Assembly: GCF_002105155.1 (NCBI RefSeq)
Contig: NW_019029021.1
Span: forward strand, 1-64,000
Source: Lobosporangium transversale
Lineage: Eukaryota
Length of the DNA: 64,000 bases
Direction: 5' to 3'
The notes beneath the pieces are model-generated. The model saw only the letters and a list, made by a program, of their open reading frames with translations. It searched no databases and was not told where the DNA came from. The translations under genes and the position numbers were made by a program. Shown here one piece after another: positions 62,611 through 64,000 of the stretch (positions are counted from its first letter, which is position 1; each line of letters starts with the position of its first letter).

Positions 62611-64000
62611 GTTAAAAAAAAAAAAGAAAGGACAAGGTGATTGAGAAAAAAAAGAAGCCAAGGTTAACTTGAGTACTAAATAAAAAGAAGAGGTATTGTA
62701 TAGTTGCTGTTAGAAGAGTACGAACGGGAACCCGCCTTAAATACATTTTTTGGTGCGCAAGCTCAGTTGCTTATCGCCAATTTTATTTGGTCACGATACC
62801 TTATATTTTTAATCTAAAAACGATGATTGAATTGTTCTGGTGGCATCTCACTACGTGACGGACTTGCAACAATACTCGTAACAAGCGAGATAATTGGCTG
62901 CCAATACACTCGAAAGTATTCAAAAAATATAAGGTATCGCGACCAAATGAAACGGGCTATATATATAAATATGCCTCTTTGTCCAACGTTGAACTTTGCT
63001 TGTTTACAATATGCCTCTTGTCCAACGTTCAACTGCTCAGACTCCCCTACTTGAGGTTTTTTTAATGGAGCATTGTGCCATTTCACAGCCCCAATAACAC
63101 AAAGAAAATTGGCAAACCAAAAAGAAGAAAGAGCTCCCATTCCGCCGCATGCTCTCTTTTAGATGGCACTTCAAGTATTAAAAGGCAATTCTTTAGAAGA
63201 TCAGATTTCAGCTTTCTATGTATTGCAAATCTTTATTTTAGTTTGCGCAACGTCACAGCGTAAAAGAATGCGGGAATAAAAAATGACAAGAGCATTTCTA
63301 GGCTCTATTGCCTCTTATCGTGCTCCTACCCTACCGTACAGATATTGTACGATTGCCCTGTGTAAAAGAGAAATTACATTAGTCTTCAACGAGATACTCA
63401 TCTTTGCTTTTTGATAACTTTATTAGCTCGAAAAAAAAAAAGAATAAAATAGAATAAGCGCTATTTGGTTTGAGGGAAAGGCTCGTAAAGGCACCTAACA
63501 GTACTTCTTAGGGATGTTCTCCTCTAGTAGGGGGATTGAGAACTAAGCAATGAGTCTTTTGGCAAGTATGGTAGCTAAGATCATTAAGTTATGGGATACA
63601 GAGAACCGCACTAAACCATGTAAAAAAAGGAGGGTGTTCGGGCCGTTTGTGCCAAGGGACAGGGCCTATACTAGCTGGTTAAAATATTAGAGGGCACCAT
63701 TTTCTTCGTGATCATTAATGAAATTGATAACTCACAACGATTCGCTCCTTTGTAAGGACCTTATTTTGGTTGCAAATGCTTCACACCCGCTATACTGACA
63801 GGCTCTTTGATAGACATTCGTCCCTTTTCACCGGCCTCACAGGCTGCTGGGTCTAAATGTTGCTGTGCATGTCCCCAATACCAATCAGCAAGCGACAGTG
63901 GATTTTAATTTCCATTGAGGTTGTCACAAGGCAACCCAATTTTGACGGCGGGGTATTCCTTCTTGGGTTTCTGCGCTGATTCATTGAAATTTCAAGCTCC

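Noticed and set aside
63700..64000. Possible transposon or nuclease remnant at the window end
   Set aside because: All frames are broken by stops and no convincing catalytic motif was found. The region is truncated by the window edge.
1..64000. CRISPR arrays, operons, rRNA/tRNA genes and prokaryotic defence systems
   Set aside because: The sequence is spliceosomal-intron-containing fungal DNA. No regularly spaced repeats or RNA-gene signatures were seen by eye.

Overview
This is eukaryotic, intron-rich fungal DNA: GT-AG introns with CTAAC-type branch points, long poly(A)/poly(T) tracts and no operons. An intronless F-box/LRR gene of a type expanded in Mortierellaceae and the intron style suggest an early-diverging fungus (inference). 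About 15 protein-coding genes can be built by splicing: TspO/MBR, a Cid1-like terminal nucleotidyltransferase, a membrane protein with a 12-Cys domain, F-box/LRR, carnitine acetyltransferase, uricase, Coq11-like SDR, Maf1, an alpha-arrestin, capping protein beta, a SAP-domain kinase, mitoribosomal mL43, a GH5 glycolipid hydrolase, GLTP/HET-C2, a thiol/halide methyltransferase and Spt7. There are also relics: a RecQ-like helicase pseudogene, a duplicated Cys-rich module with a stop, and an MFS fragment. The most unusual items are (1) a SAP-domain TKL-like kinase lacking the beta3 lysine but with a lysine at the WNK position, (2) a local pair of CX3C-repeat genes, one membrane-tethered and one putatively secreted, (3) TspO with an 11-mer amphipathic LEA-like tail and (4) Spt7 with a long Arg-Asp tail. 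I saw no rRNA, tRNA, CRISPR array or intact mobile element. Exon boundaries were read by eye and no database searches were run.
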